This document shows positions 28,867-38,558 of a stretch of DNA of 64,000 nucleotides, in pieces. The DNA lies in assembly GCA_965207855.1 (NCBI GenBank), contig OZ242310.1, positions 1,656,686 to 1,720,685 on the forward strand, given 5' to 3'. Under the pieces are notes generated by a model. That model did not search any database. It was given only the letters and a program-made list of their open reading frames with translations, and was not told where the DNA came from. This stretch comes from Candidatus Poribacteria bacterium. GTDB lineage: Bacteria > Poribacteria > WGA-4E > WGA-3G. The position numbers and the translations under genes are program-made. The stretch's first letter is position 1; each line of letters starts with the position of its first letter.

Positions 28867-28973
28867 CCTCCATCTCTTGATCGAGGCCGGGGTCCCCACC
28901 CGTTACTGGGAAGGGGGAGTCCCCGCCCGTTACAGCGGAGGGTATCTCACTTGATCAAGGGAGAGAACTTGCT

Positions 28974-30125
28974 ATGACTCCTGAAGAGGTCCAGATCCGA
29001 CGCGAAGCGACAGATGTCTATCGAAAAGGTGGGACATCTGGTGTAAGGAAACCAAAGATTGGGATAACGATGGGCGATGCAGCTGGCATCGGTCCCGAAA
29101 TCATCGTCAAGGCACTCGCTTATGAAAGCATATATTCGGTGTGTCAACCGATAGTCGTTGGTAGTCCAGCTATCCTTCGGGACGCGGTTGTTAGATTTAC
29201 TCCCCCCGGTATACCACAACGAAAGCTCAATATCATCAATACACCGGCGCAAGCGGTCGCAGCGCATGGAACAATTGATGTTTTGAATGTAGTTCCAATA
29301 TCTCCGCAAGATATTTCTGTTGGAACTGTGGATGCTCGCGCAGGTGCCGCTGCTGTCAAGGTGATTGAAACAGCGGCCTATCTCGCGATGGATGGCGAAC
29401 TTGATGCAATCACGACCGCTCCCATCTGTAAAGCTGCCATACATCGGGCAGGGATGCCGTATCCGGGACACACGGAAATGCTTGCTGCCTTCACCAATGC
29501 CTCTGATGTGGTGATGATGCTTTGCACGGCTGAGGCATTAGGTGGCAGTCGGAAACCGCGAACCGCGGACCGCGGACCGCGAATAGCGGTTTCTTTCGTG
29601 ACGAATCACATCGCACTCGCTGATGTGCCAAAACAGCTGTCTATACAAAGAATTGTGGATGTCATCTGCCTCACCCATCAAGCACTCATTCGTAGCGGTA
29701 TTTCTGAACCACGGCTTGTTGTCGCAGGGTTGAACCCGCACGCCGGTGAAGAGGGGATATTCGGGAAAGAAGAAGAACAATTTATCTGTCCAGCCATCGC
29801 GCAGGCACAAGCGCACGTCGGCAAAATAGATGGACCTCTCCCTGCCGATGCACTTTTTGTCAAAGCAGTTCAAGGAGAGTGGCACGCCGTTATTGCTATG
29901 TACCACGATCAGGGTAATATTCCGATAAAACTTTTGGGTTTCGGTGAACTTGTAAATGTTACCTTGGGGTTGCCGATAGTCCGCACGAGCGTTGATCATG
30001 GGACAGCGTTTGATATAGCCGGTAAAGGAATCGCCAGTGAAACGAGTTTAGTGGCGGCACTAAAGTGTGCTTCACAACTGACAAACCAGACGTTTCCGCC
30101 TGTTTATAGTGAATTCCGAAAATAG
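28974..30125 (+). CDS. pdxA: 4-hydroxythreonine-4-phosphate dehydrogenase
   Basis: ITMGDAAGIGPEI, GLNPHAGE, MYHDQG and SVDHGTAFDIAGKG motifs. Contains an in-frame repeat-derived insertion. Confidence 0.9.
   Translation: MTPEEVQIRREATDVYRKGGTSGVRKPKIGITMGDAAGIGPEIIVKALAYESIYSVCQPIVVGSPAILRDAVVRFTPPGIPQRKLNIINTPAQAVAAHGTIDVLNVVPISPQDISVGTVDARAGAAAVKVIETAAYLAMDGELDAITTAPICKAAIHRAGMPYPGHTEMLAAFTNASDVVMMLCTAEALGGSRKPRTADRGPRIAVSFVTNHIALADVPKQLSIQRIVDVICLTHQALIRSGISEPRLVVAGLNPHAGEEGIFGKEEEQFICPAIAQAQAHVGKIDGPLPADALFVKAVQGEWHAVIAMYHDQGNIPIKLLGFGELVNVTLGLPIVRTSVDHGTAFDIAGKGIASETSLVAALKCASQLTNQTFPPVYSEFRK
29554..29588. repeat. heptamer tandem repeat inside pdxA
   Basis: AACCGCG AACCGCG GACCGCG GACCGCG AATAGCG. 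Confidence 0.6.
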
Positions 30126-30145
30126 ATACACGGCCCCACACCTTG

Positions 30146-30173
30146 GTAGGCGAGGTTTCCTAACCTCGCCGAT
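30146..30173 (+). repeat. GTAGG-headed hairpin (REP-like family)
   Basis: GTAG GCGAGGTT tcct AACCTCGC CGAT, just after the pdxA stop. Confidence 0.55.
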
Positions 30174-30211
30174 GCAAAGTATGTAAATAATCCCGAAATC
30201 TACTATAAAAG

Positions 30212-33200
30212 ATGAAAAAGATTTACATTTTTTTATTAATACCGCTTATACTCTATACTGTCTCGCCCTCAATTTCTGTAGCACAGACCCCTCTAACGTC
30301 GCCGCTGCAAGTGCTTTCGACCACATCAGATACGCTCACGGCGCGTTTTGCGTTACCTGAACTGCAAGTAAAGACAAGTGCTCATTCTGCTGAAGGCAGT
30401 TCTGCAGAACCGGTAACCGATATCCGTTTTGCCGGTGCTAATTGGACGCTTGACGTAGGTAGACCTCGGTTACCTGTCTATGTACAGTGCATCGGGATTC
30501 CTCTCGCTGGAACGCCGATTGTTGCCGTGATTCGGGCGCGTCCGGAAGTAAGAAGTGTTGAAAATGTTCGTCTCACACCCGATGATCCGATTTTCCCAAC
30601 TTCAACCCCATCGCGCCCTGATTCACAAGGGTTTTATCCGTCGAGATTGGTGGAAGTTGTCCCGAGCGGTCTTGTTCGCAATCAGCGTGTCGCGAGCCTA
30701 CAAATCAATCCGGTGCAATACAATTCGGCGACAAAGCAATTAAAGATCTATACATCTATAACATTCCGGATTGAATTTCCGGGTGCTGTCCGGCTTGCCA
30801 AGAATGGCGCGATAGAATCTACCATGCTTCCCTCCTTCCACTCTTCTGCTTTTGAAAGTCTCTTTCGAGGAACATTACGGAACTATGACCAAGCAAAATC
30901 ATGGCGGAACCAGCGACGGATGTCCTATAGTGGTGCGCCCGGGGCACCAGAATTAACGGCTTCTACCACCTACCGCTTTAAAATTCCAGTTGTTAGAACA
31001 GACCTTTATCGTATCACTTACAATAATATCAGGGCTGCCGCTGGTATTGAACCAGAGGATATTGATCTGAATACCCTTCGATTAGAAAGTAGCGGACAGA
31101 AACAGGGCGTTTACATTTTTGATGATAACGAAAACGATATACTTGACGCAGGCGAACAGATTGTTTTTTATGGACGGGCATTGGCGGACAACAAATTTAC
31201 TGACGAAAACGTTTATTGGCTCCATTTTGCTTTGCGAGGAGAGCCTGTTACTGGAGCTCTTGAACCGTCCCGTGTGGCAACGCGGGACGCAACACCACTC
31301 ACGCCAAACTTAGTAACACCGACTGCCTTTTTAACGCGCGTCCGTTTTGAAGAGAACGTACATCACGATGTTTTAGCCGGAACCAATATTAAGTCCGAAC
31401 TTGCTGATCACTATTTCTGGACTCCCTTCCGTGGTGGAAATATCAACACAAGTCGAAAGGATTTTCCTATAGAACTGCCTGCCGCAGTCCCGCGCCTTGA
31501 GATTGATCGCAATGCGACGCTACGTATTAAATTCCAAGGGGCTTCCCGCAGAGGTGCAGCACTCCACCAAGCGCGAATTGCTTTCAATGGACTTCAACTT
31601 GGTAGAGTCGAGGAGTGGAAACGTCAAGCTGCGCCTATTGCAACCCGCAGCATTCCGCAATTACGCATCCACCATAACCAAGTCAATTATATGCGTATTG
31701 AGGCACTTGATACCAACAGAACGCCTGCAGGATCCTACGATTTCTATCTCGATTGGTATGAACTTGATTATTGGCGAAACTTTCGAGCGGATGCCAACCG
31801 TCTTGAATTTAATACAAATACCGAACCTCGTAATCGCGGCAAGGTCCAATACCGGATTGAGAACATTTTTAATGAAACAATTGATGTGTATCAACTTGAT
31901 GAAAAAGGTATTGCGAGTAAACTCATCAACGGTGAAATTTCGCGAAGAGGCGCGGCTTATCAAATACTCTTTGAAGATACCGTCAATCTGCATACGCGCT
32001 ATTTTGTCATAGGTCGTTCTGCCTATCGGAGTATCAACGCACTCATACCGACACCACCAACCTTGCTGCGCAATCCATCCAATCAAGCCGATTATATTGT
32101 CATAACGCATCCAACCTTTACGGAGAGCATCCAGCCGCTCGTTGAATTCCGGCGGTCGCAAGGCTTAACAACGATGGTGGTTGATATCGGCGACATCTAC
32201 GATGAATTTAGTGATGGGCTCTTTAATCCACTGGCTATCCAGAAATTCCTTCGATATACCTATGATAATTGGCAACAACCTGTCCCGACCTATGTTGTTC
32301 TTGTGGGGGATGCCCATTACGATTACAAGCGTGCTACTGTTGAACTCTACCGTCGAGATCCGTCATTCCGGGGGACCTATAATCTCTATCCAATCTTCGT
32401 ACCAACATTCCACGGTTGGGCCCCTGAGAGCGGTGAAACTGCCATGGACCAGCGTTTCGTCAATGTGAGTGGCGAAGATCCGCTACCCGATATGCTTATA
32501 GGGCGACTCTCCGTTCAAACCCCTGAAGACCTCGCGACTATGGTTGAGAAAATCATCAACTATGAAAAGAATTTGAGAACCGGATTATGGCAAGGCACAT
32601 TAATTCAGGTGGCTGATGACAACACAGACAACCCTGGTGATGGACTCTTTGAGGTGTCGCGGGATGAACTGATAGCAGATGTTATACCCGTGGGCTACGA
32701 CACACGCCAAATCTATCTCCGAAAAATTAGAAGCCCAGAGCGCACACGCCTCCAGATACGATCTGCCATCAATCAGGGCGCGCTCGCAATTGAGTATACG
32801 GGACACGGTGGCATCCAGACGTGGGCGGATGAATCTATTTTTCGACTTGAAGATGTCGTTGGATTAAGGAATCGTTACCTTCCTTTCGTTATAACGACAA
32901 CCTGTCTCAATGGACAGTTCGATAAACCCCAACAAGTTGGGAATTTCTGCCTCAGCGAGCAATTCCTATTGGGTAAATATGGTGCTATTGCTACACTCTC
33001 GGCGACGCGGTTAACTTATGGCACAGCAAACGCTGAGTTTGACATCGATCTCTTTGAGTCCTTATTCGGGGTCGGGCGCGCTGGGGATCTGGATACCGGG
33101 TTTCAGCCCTCGCGAACTGCGCCGACGGTGGGGCATATTGTTACCAATGCTAAAATTAGTTTCCTCACCCGCATTCGGAACACGCAATGGATTCCCGGCA

Positions 33201-36200
33201 CGGAACAATATACGCTCTTTGGCGACCCGGCATCTCGTCTTGCACTCCCTGAACTCGATGTAAAGGTCGAGTTAGAACGCATCGCACTCAACGATGGGCA
33301 CCAGATAGTTATTGAGGCGAACGAAGTAGGGACGATTGAAAGAACGGGTATTGGTGGAACGGGCGGTACAACTTTCACACGCGCCTCCGATTTTAGCACA
33401 GAATCACTTTCTGCTTTTGCCGTTTTCGCAAATAATTTTGACGATGACCCTGGAAATGAGTTAACACGGCGGATGGGTGGCAGAGTGTGGCAAGGTGAGT
33501 ATGGAACGATTCGTATTGATGTGCCTAACAACGCCTTGCCGGGTGGTGGTGTGGCACGGATTTTCGCTTTTGATGACACGCGCGCCGCTGTTGGAGGTGC
33601 GCGCTTCTGGGTTGATACACCCGTTGTACACGACATCCAAGAAACACTCGATATTAAAGTTACCGACACTCTTAATATTAGTGTCCTCGTTGTTGACGAC
33701 CGCGGACCAGCGGGTATACGGAGCATTGAGGTCTTATGGGATGATACTGCGACCTTTAAAGATGAAACAATCCCTATGGTTAAAGCACCTGTTCCCCTCG
33801 GTGATGTGCCATTGGGTGGGCAGTGGTATGAACTCCAAACACCTATTCCACTGCCACAAGGTGGACGACAGATTCGCTACCGGATCCTTGTTACGGATAG
33901 GAGTGGAAACGATATTGCCATTCCATCAAAGATTGAGCGCAACGTCGTTAAGGTGCCTGAAGGTCCCAATATCGCAATCGGTACGGACGAAACGAACAAA
34001 GCACCGATTCGATATGAGTTTGCTGAAGAGAAAAATGCCTACCAACTCGTTGCGGAAATTGTTAACATCGGTGGACGACCTGTACGCGCAGATATTGAAG
34101 TCGTGTTTGCTGAAGGAAATCCGGATTCAGAAGGTGATAGCATTATTGATGAAGATGCTAATATTTTGGGTCGTCTAATTATCAAACCCACTGATTGGAC
34201 AGATGGCATCCATGTTTTGCAGCATGTGACGGCAACCTTAGATCTTGACAAGCCCCTCCTGACAGGTGTACATAAAATCTATGTTCTTGCAGATCCAGAT
34301 GATCCGACAATTGACGATGAAATCCGCGGCAGCGTTCAAGAATCGCGCCAGTTTGATAACAAACAACACGTCTCGTTTATCGTCAATGAGTTTAGCTATA
34401 AACTTCAAGAAGCGTTGACGGCCTTTAGTTTGGATCGGGTGTTTGACATCCATTTCCCCGCGAATGCCCTCGACATTGACGAACAAAGTAAGGCGGGGAT
34501 CCCACTCTCTGTTTCTTCACAGGCACCCGTTGAGCCAGTCCAACCTGATCTCCAATTCGCACCTATTCCTCGCGTCGCTGCACTCCGCCGCGGTCTCATC
34601 CGGCAGGGAGCAGAAGTCGCGCAATACTATGAACCGAGTTTCCGAGTAGGTGTAACAGAACTTGCTAAACCTGCTGAGGTTAAACTCCGTTTCGATGTGA
34701 GTGCTTTGGAGGATATTGTGCGGGAGGAGACGGCTCTCCGAGATAACACGCCTGCATTTAAAGCCGCATTAGCCGAAACTGCAAATCAGTTGGCGATCTA
34801 TGCGTGGCAAGCGGATTTTTCGGCGTGGCGACGCTTACCCTCCGAAATCAGTTACGCCTCTGAAGGGGAATTTTTGCTTGAAGACTATGTCACACCAACA
34901 CAGATGGAGAACGCAAATGAGCAGAAATTAGAGGATTCCGCGATCACCGTTAACCCAAATCTTACGCCTGCTGGGACGTGGGTACTGGTCTTTCTGGATT
35001 CTTATGAATACGAGGTGTTTCTCCAACGGAAGGGAGAAACGACTGTCCAGAAACTCGATCAATCTGGTCAATTGGACAATCCGTTCAGAGAGGAAGGCTT
35101 CGGTTTAGAATTGCGGATTCCGAGGCAAGAGAGCACACCACTTGGGGTTAATTACACCTTTGAATTTGCTGATGTTCTCGCTTTTAAAACTGACTATAAT
35201 CCGAGAGGCGATGTCGTTCTCACACGCACGTGGAATGCCAACACCGGGAACGGCAATGCGACAGTGGACGGCAGACGCGGACCCAGAGGCGAATTCATAA
35301 TTGGGGATTGGTTCATCTTTTTTACCGAACCTGAGCGCTACGAACTTCGTAATGCCTCCGGCGAACCGTCCTATTATCCGAATGGCGTCAAAATTCGAGG
35401 TAAAGTGAACGAACCGATTTATCTTGGGCACCTCGGATTGGAACTCCTTGTGACTGCCAGCTCCGAAAGCTTCGCGTTTGGCGATAAGATTAAGTTTAGC
35501 AGTGCTCAGGTCGGAACGATTACAGCGGAAGTCAGCGAACTTACACAGTTTAGTCTCATGCGCAGCACTGATACTGAACCGCCTGCTTTCAGTCTCTGGT
35601 TAGATGGTATCCAGCCGCAAACCGGTAGTGTGATTCCCCCACGCCCTACCATTTCTATTGTACTGGAAGATACTAACGGTATTGATATGGATTTCTTTGC
35701 TTTTGAGGGAAAAAAGGACGATGCTCCGTTTACACCTATCACCGACTATGAGCTCCGAATACAGGGAAGGACGCAAACTGTGCCGATTGATTATCAACCC
35801 ATTCTCTTCCCAGGTGAGCATACTTTTAACATCAGTGCACAAGATTTCAATGGAAATGCCATCGGTGGTGACGAAAAAGTCATCAGTTACAGATTTTTTG
35901 TAACCGAGGCTCCTGATCTGACACCGCCTACTATTGATATCCAAATCACTGCACTCGGTACAGGTTCAACGCGTGAGCCAATTGACGAGCCTTTGATAGA
36001 TGGTGCTGTACTTACAGAGCAACCCCGCTTTAAAATTACACTCACCGATGATAGTGCGCTTGACGAGACCTCTTTTAATCTCGGTTTTGGAAGTCTGTAT
36101 GAAACACTTAACCCGTTAGATGCAAGGGATTATACTGAAACCTTCGATCCTGATGCACCAGCGGATGCCGCTATCACTTATGCCCCGGATCTCGCTAATG

Positions 36201-36580
36201 GTGAGTATCAGTTCCATATTACCGCTGCAGATACCAGTGAGAACACAGCAGAATTTGTTACAACCTTTGTTTTGGATGAGGAAGTCACGCTCAGTGAGGT
36301 TTTCAACGTCCCAAACCCGATGGTCGATGGAAAGACCTTTTTTACATATCACCTCGCACAAGCACCCGACACCGTTACAATTAAGATTTACAGCGTCAAC
36401 GGCAGACTCCTCCGAACGCTTACCGATGCGAGTGCCAGTCGTGGTGCCAACGAAACCCATTGGGATGGTAGGGATGAAACAGGGGTGCGGTGTGCCAATG
36501 GTGTATACTTCTACCGTGTTATTGCTAACACGGAAAATGGAAAAGTCGAGCAGATCGGGAAGTTAGCCATTTTGCGTTAG
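30212..36580 (+). CDS. giant secreted peptidase C25 (gingipain-like) family protein with Por/FlgD-Ig-type C-terminal domain
   Basis: Signal peptide MKKIYIFLLIPLILYTVSPSISVAQ. C25 core from ADYIVITHPTF (about nt 32087), with YTGHGG (His865) and TTTCLNGQF (Cys898). The last ~90 aa (VFNVPNPMVDGKT...VTIKIYSVNGRLL...WDGRDETG...GVYFYRV) match the Por secretion tail / FlgD Ig-like pattern. Confidence 0.8.
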   Translation: MKKIYIFLLIPLILYTVSPSISVAQTPLTSPLQVLSTTSDTLTARFALPELQVKTSAHSAEGSSAEPVTDIRFAGANWTLDVGRPRLPVYVQCIGIPLAGTPIVAVIRARPEVRSVENVRLTPDDPIFPTSTPSRPDSQGFYPSRLVEVVPSGLVRNQRVASLQINPVQYNSATKQLKIYTSITFRIEFPGAVRLAKNGAIESTMLPSFHSSAFESLFRGTLRNYDQAKSWRNQRRMSYSGAPGAPELTASTTYRFKIPVVRTDLYRITYNNIRAAAGIEPEDIDLNTLRLESSGQKQGVYIFDDNENDILDAGEQIVFYGRALADNKFTDENVYWLHFALRGEPVTGALEPSRVATRDATPLTPNLVTPTAFLTRVRFEENVHHDVLAGTNIKSELADHYFWTPFRGGNINTSRKDFPIELPAAVPRLEIDRNATLRIKFQGASRRGAALHQARIAFNGLQLGRVEEWKRQAAPIATRSIPQLRIHHNQVNYMRIEALDTNRTPAGSYDFYLDWYELDYWRNFRADANRLEFNTNTEPRNRGKVQYRIENIFNETIDVYQLDEKGIASKLINGEISRRGAAYQILFEDTVNLHTRYFVIGRSAYRSINALIPTPPTLLRNPSNQADYIVITHPTFTESIQPLVEFRRSQGLTTMVVDIGDIYDEFSDGLFNPLAIQKFLRYTYDNWQQPVPTYVVLVGDAHYDYKRATVELYRRDPSFRGTYNLYPIFVPTFHGWAPESGETAMDQRFVNVSGEDPLPDMLIGRLSVQTPEDLATMVEKIINYEKNLRTGLWQGTLIQVADDNTDNPGDGLFEVSRDELIADVIPVGYDTRQIYLRKIRSPERTRLQIRSAINQGALAIEYTGHGGIQTWADESIFRLEDVVGLRNRYLPFVITTTCLNGQFDKPQQVGNFCLSEQFLLGKYGAIATLSATRLTYGTANAEFDIDLFESLFGVGRAGDLDTGFQPSRTAPTVGHIVTNAKISFLTRIRNTQWIPGTEQYTLFGDPASRLALPELDVKVELERIALNDGHQIVIEANEVGTIERTGIGGTGGTTFTRASDFSTESLSAFAVFANNFDDDPGNELTRRMGGRVWQGEYGTIRIDVPNNALPGGGVARIFAFDDTRAAVGGARFWVDTPVVHDIQETLDIKVTDTLNISVLVVDDRGPAGIRSIEVLWDDTATFKDETIPMVKAPVPLGDVPLGGQWYELQTPIPLPQGGRQIRYRILVTDRSGNDIAIPSKIERNVVKVPEGPNIAIGTDETNKAPIRYEFAEEKNAYQLVAEIVNIGGRPVRADIEVVFAEGNPDSEGDSIIDEDANILGRLIIKPTDWTDGIHVLQHVTATLDLDKPLLTGVHKIYVLADPDDPTIDDEIRGSVQESRQFDNKQHVSFIVNEFSYKLQEALTAFSLDRVFDIHFPANALDIDEQSKAGIPLSVSSQAPVEPVQPDLQFAPIPRVAALRRGLIRQGAEVAQYYEPSFRVGVTELAKPAEVKLRFDVSALEDIVREETALRDNTPAFKAALAETANQLAIYAWQADFSAWRRLPSEISYASEGEFLLEDYVTPTQMENANEQKLEDSAITVNPNLTPAGTWVLVFLDSYEYEVFLQRKGETTVQKLDQSGQLDNPFREEGFGLELRIPRQESTPLGVNYTFEFADVLAFKTDYNPRGDVVLTRTWNANTGNGNATVDGRRGPRGEFIIGDWFIFFTEPERYELRNASGEPSYYPNGVKIRGKVNEPIYLGHLGLELLVTASSESFAFGDKIKFSSAQVGTITAEVSELTQFSLMRSTDTEPPAFSLWLDGIQPQTGSVIPPRPTISIVLEDTNGIDMDFFAFEGKKDDAPFTPITDYELRIQGRTQTVPIDYQPILFPGEHTFNISAQDFNGNAIGGDEKVISYRFFVTEAPDLTPPTIDIQITALGTGSTREPIDEPLIDGAVLTEQPRFKITLTDDSALDETSFNLGFGSLYETLNPLDARDYTETFDPDAPADAAITYAPDLANGEYQFHITAADTSENTAEFVTTFVLDEEVTLSEVFNVPNPMVDGKTFFTYHLAQAPDTVTIKIYSVNGRLLRTLTDASASRGANETHWDGRDETGVRCANGVYFYRVIANTENGKVEQIGKLAILR

Positions 36581-36587
36581 TGCCGCG

Positions 36588-36917
36588 TTATTGCAGCGGC
36601 GAATAATCCGTGGGTTCAATAATCTTGGAGCTTGCCACGTTTACCAAGGGGCCCCCAACTTCCGTCAAGCGTTTTGCCGCTTGCCATTCTGGATCGGCGA
36701 TAAACGCGTCCCACGCTCGCTGATAGTGCCCTAAATCCTCAAAAGCGAGCATATAGATGAGTTCAGTTGTCGTCGCCTCACCAATAGCGGTCTCCCAAAA
36801 CCCGATAACCTTCATACCGTGTTTTTCAAACAGTGGAATTGTAATGTTTGCAAACCGGTCATTCAGATTTTTCATCTTCCCCGGTACAACCTGATAAGTA
36901 CGTAGTTCATAGATCAT
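36588..36917 (-). CDS. NIPSNAP family protein
   Basis: Start moved to MIYELRTYQVVPGK, the canonical NIPSNAP N-terminus. AAGGAAG upstream. Confidence 0.75.
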   Translation of the reverse strand: MIYELRTYQVVPGKMKNLNDRFANITIPLFEKHGMKVIGFWETAIGEATTTELIYMLAFEDLGHYQRAWDAFIADPEWQAAKRLTEVGGPLVNVASSKIIEPTDYSPLQ

Positions 36918-37088
36918 CTTTTTAATCTTCCTTGCGGTTCGTTCAGGCAGGTTTTGCGAAGCACATCGGTCTCCGTATATCCAGCCCGGCCCGTTGGTTG
37001 GGCTTACGCGCTTTTCTAAGAAATTGAAGTTGCTCTCTTTAATCTTCCTTCTTGGACGAGGGACTCGCATCTCTGTCCAATCTATTGG

Positions 37089-37763
37089 TCAAAGTATTCC
37101 ATATCTATCATAAACTTCCCGAAGCGTCGCGCCAGCGCGGAGTTCATCGCGTGTCCGGTTTTCACCACTCACCTTCGCCAAAGCAGCCTCAATCACTTCT
37201 ACCTCCACCGCTTGTGGAATGACAACGACCCCGTCTATATCGCCGAACACAATATCACTTGGATTAACTGAGACTCCCCCACATTCGATTGGAACGTTAT
37301 ATGCAACCACATCGCCACGTCCGTAGGAGTCTACGGGAGACAGACCCGTCATAAACACCGGAAACTGCATCTCTGTAATCTGTCGGGCATCTCGGATGAA
37401 GCCTTCGATAATAGCACCCCGTGCCCCGCGCGCCCGTGCTGCTGTTGAGAGCAGTTCCCCCCAGATGCAGTTACGGGTGCTCTGATTCGTAGAACAGACG
37501 AAGATGTCGTTCTGTTTGAGGCTATCCACTGCCGCAATTTCCTGCTGATACGGTTCATCTGGCATTTCGTAGACATCCACACAGAGTACAGGCATTGCTC
37601 GTCCCACGACAACTGCCTCTGGATACAGTGGACGGATGGTGTGTCGCAGCGTCTGCTCGCGATATCCAGCTGCATCGAGCGCATCGGAAATTACGGCAGC
37701 ATATAGCTGTTTTTCCATCATAGCAAACAGTTCCGTGTCGTCGTGCCACTTTTGGGTTTCCAT
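37089..37763 (-). CDS. RraA-family protein (4-hydroxy-4-methyl-2-oxoglutarate aldolase / RNase E regulator-like)
   Basis: GELLSTAARARGARGAIIEGFIRD and PVDSYGRG motifs. Start moved to METQKWHDD, with GAGGAAA upstream. Confidence 0.75.
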   Translation of the reverse strand: METQKWHDDTELFAMMEKQLYAAVISDALDAAGYREQTLRHTIRPLYPEAVVVGRAMPVLCVDVYEMPDEPYQQEIAAVDSLKQNDIFVCSTNQSTRNCIWGELLSTAARARGARGAIIEGFIRDARQITEMQFPVFMTGLSPVDSYGRGDVVAYNVPIECGGVSVNPSDIVFGDIDGVVVIPQAVEVEVIEAALAKVSGENRTRDELRAGATLREVYDRYGIL

Positions 37764-37863
37764 AGTTTTCCTCGTATTGGCTATTGGAAAAAATACCAAC
37801 CTTCAGGAGAATGGCTTTCAGCAGTTAGTAAAGAGAACTTGACGAAATCAAAAACCTCTTGTA

Positions 37864-37898
37864 CTGACTGCTGGTTGCTGACCGCTGACGGCTAATTC
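37864..37898. repeat. heptamer tandem repeat
   Basis: CTGACTG CTGGTTG CTGACCG CTGACGG CTAATTC, abutting the purE stop. It pairs with GGCTTTCAGCAGTTAG at 37812-37827. Confidence 0.55.
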
Positions 37899-38446
37899 TA
37901 ATAATTCTGATAGCCAACTTCTGCGAGACGTTCCGCTTTCTCCGCAACGCCATCGCTCAACTTCTCTTTGTATGCCAACAATTTTGCATCGAGTTCAGGG
38001 AATTGGAGTGCTAAAATTTCGACAGCGAAGAGTCCGGCATTTCGCGCACCCCCAGATCCGATTGCCATTGTTCCGACAGGAATGCCGGGTGGCATCTGTA
38101 CTGTCGCGTAGAGTGCATCAACGCCGTTGAGGGGACCACCGTCAATCGGGACACCAATAACCGGCAGTGTCGTGTGGGCTGCAATGACACCCGCGAGGTG
38201 TGCTGCGCGTCCTGCGCCAGCAATGATTACCTTGCCACCTTCGGCTTTAATCTTTTCTGTCCACGCGACTGTCCGTTCCGGTGAACGATGAGCAGAGGAG
38301 ACGGTTATTTCAAATGGGACCTCAAATTCTTCTAAGACCTTTGCGGCTTCCGCCATCTTTTCCAAATCGGAATCACTTCCCATTACAATACCAACAAGGG
38401 GAGTTTTTTGTTCTTGTAGCGACATATCTGTATCTATACCTTTCAA
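37898..38446 (-). CDS. purE: 5-(carboxyamino)imidazole ribonucleotide mutase
   Basis: VGIVMGSDSDL and SAHRSPERT motifs. The alternative start MSLQEQ at 38425 is equally plausible. Confidence 0.9.
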   Translation of the reverse strand: MKGIDTDMSLQEQKTPLVGIVMGSDSDLEKMAEAAKVLEEFEVPFEITVSSAHRSPERTVAWTEKIKAEGGKVIIAGAGRAAHLAGVIAAHTTLPVIGVPIDGGPLNGVDALYATVQMPPGIPVGTMAIGSGGARNAGLFAVEILALQFPELDAKLLAYKEKLSDGVAEKAERLAEVGYQNY

Positions 38447-38452
38447 ATAAAT

Positions 38453-38558
38453 GGCTGTCGGCTGTCAGTTGTTGGCTATCGGTGGTTGCATGAAAGTATC
38501 AGGCAACTGCCACGAGTTTCTCTTGCTGACTGCTGAAAGCCGATGGCTGACAACTAAT
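38453..38558. repeat. two heptamer arrays forming an imperfect inverted repeat (purE / MBL spacer)
   Basis: GGCTGTC GGCTGTC AGTTGTT GGCTATC GGTGGTT ... TGCTGAC TGCTGAA AGCCGAT GGCTGAC AACTAAT. Confidence 0.55.

Noticed and set aside
33103-34178. 207-aa (minus) and 233-aa (plus, out-of-frame) ORFs inside the giant C25 gene. Similar internal ORFs occur at 31497-32161 and 35105-36566.
   Set aside because: They are fully embedded in a 2122-codon ORF that has recognisable domains at both ends. They have no RBS and no motifs, which is typical of frame-shadow ORFs.
36918-37070. N-terminal 51-codon extension of the NIPSNAP ORF, and the duplicated AGGAAGATTAAA(A/G)AG motif at 36921 and 37038.
   Set aside because: NIPSNAP proteins start at the MIYELRTY-type motif, which has its own RBS. 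The extension is basic low-complexity sequence, and the 15-nt repeat is too short to interpret.
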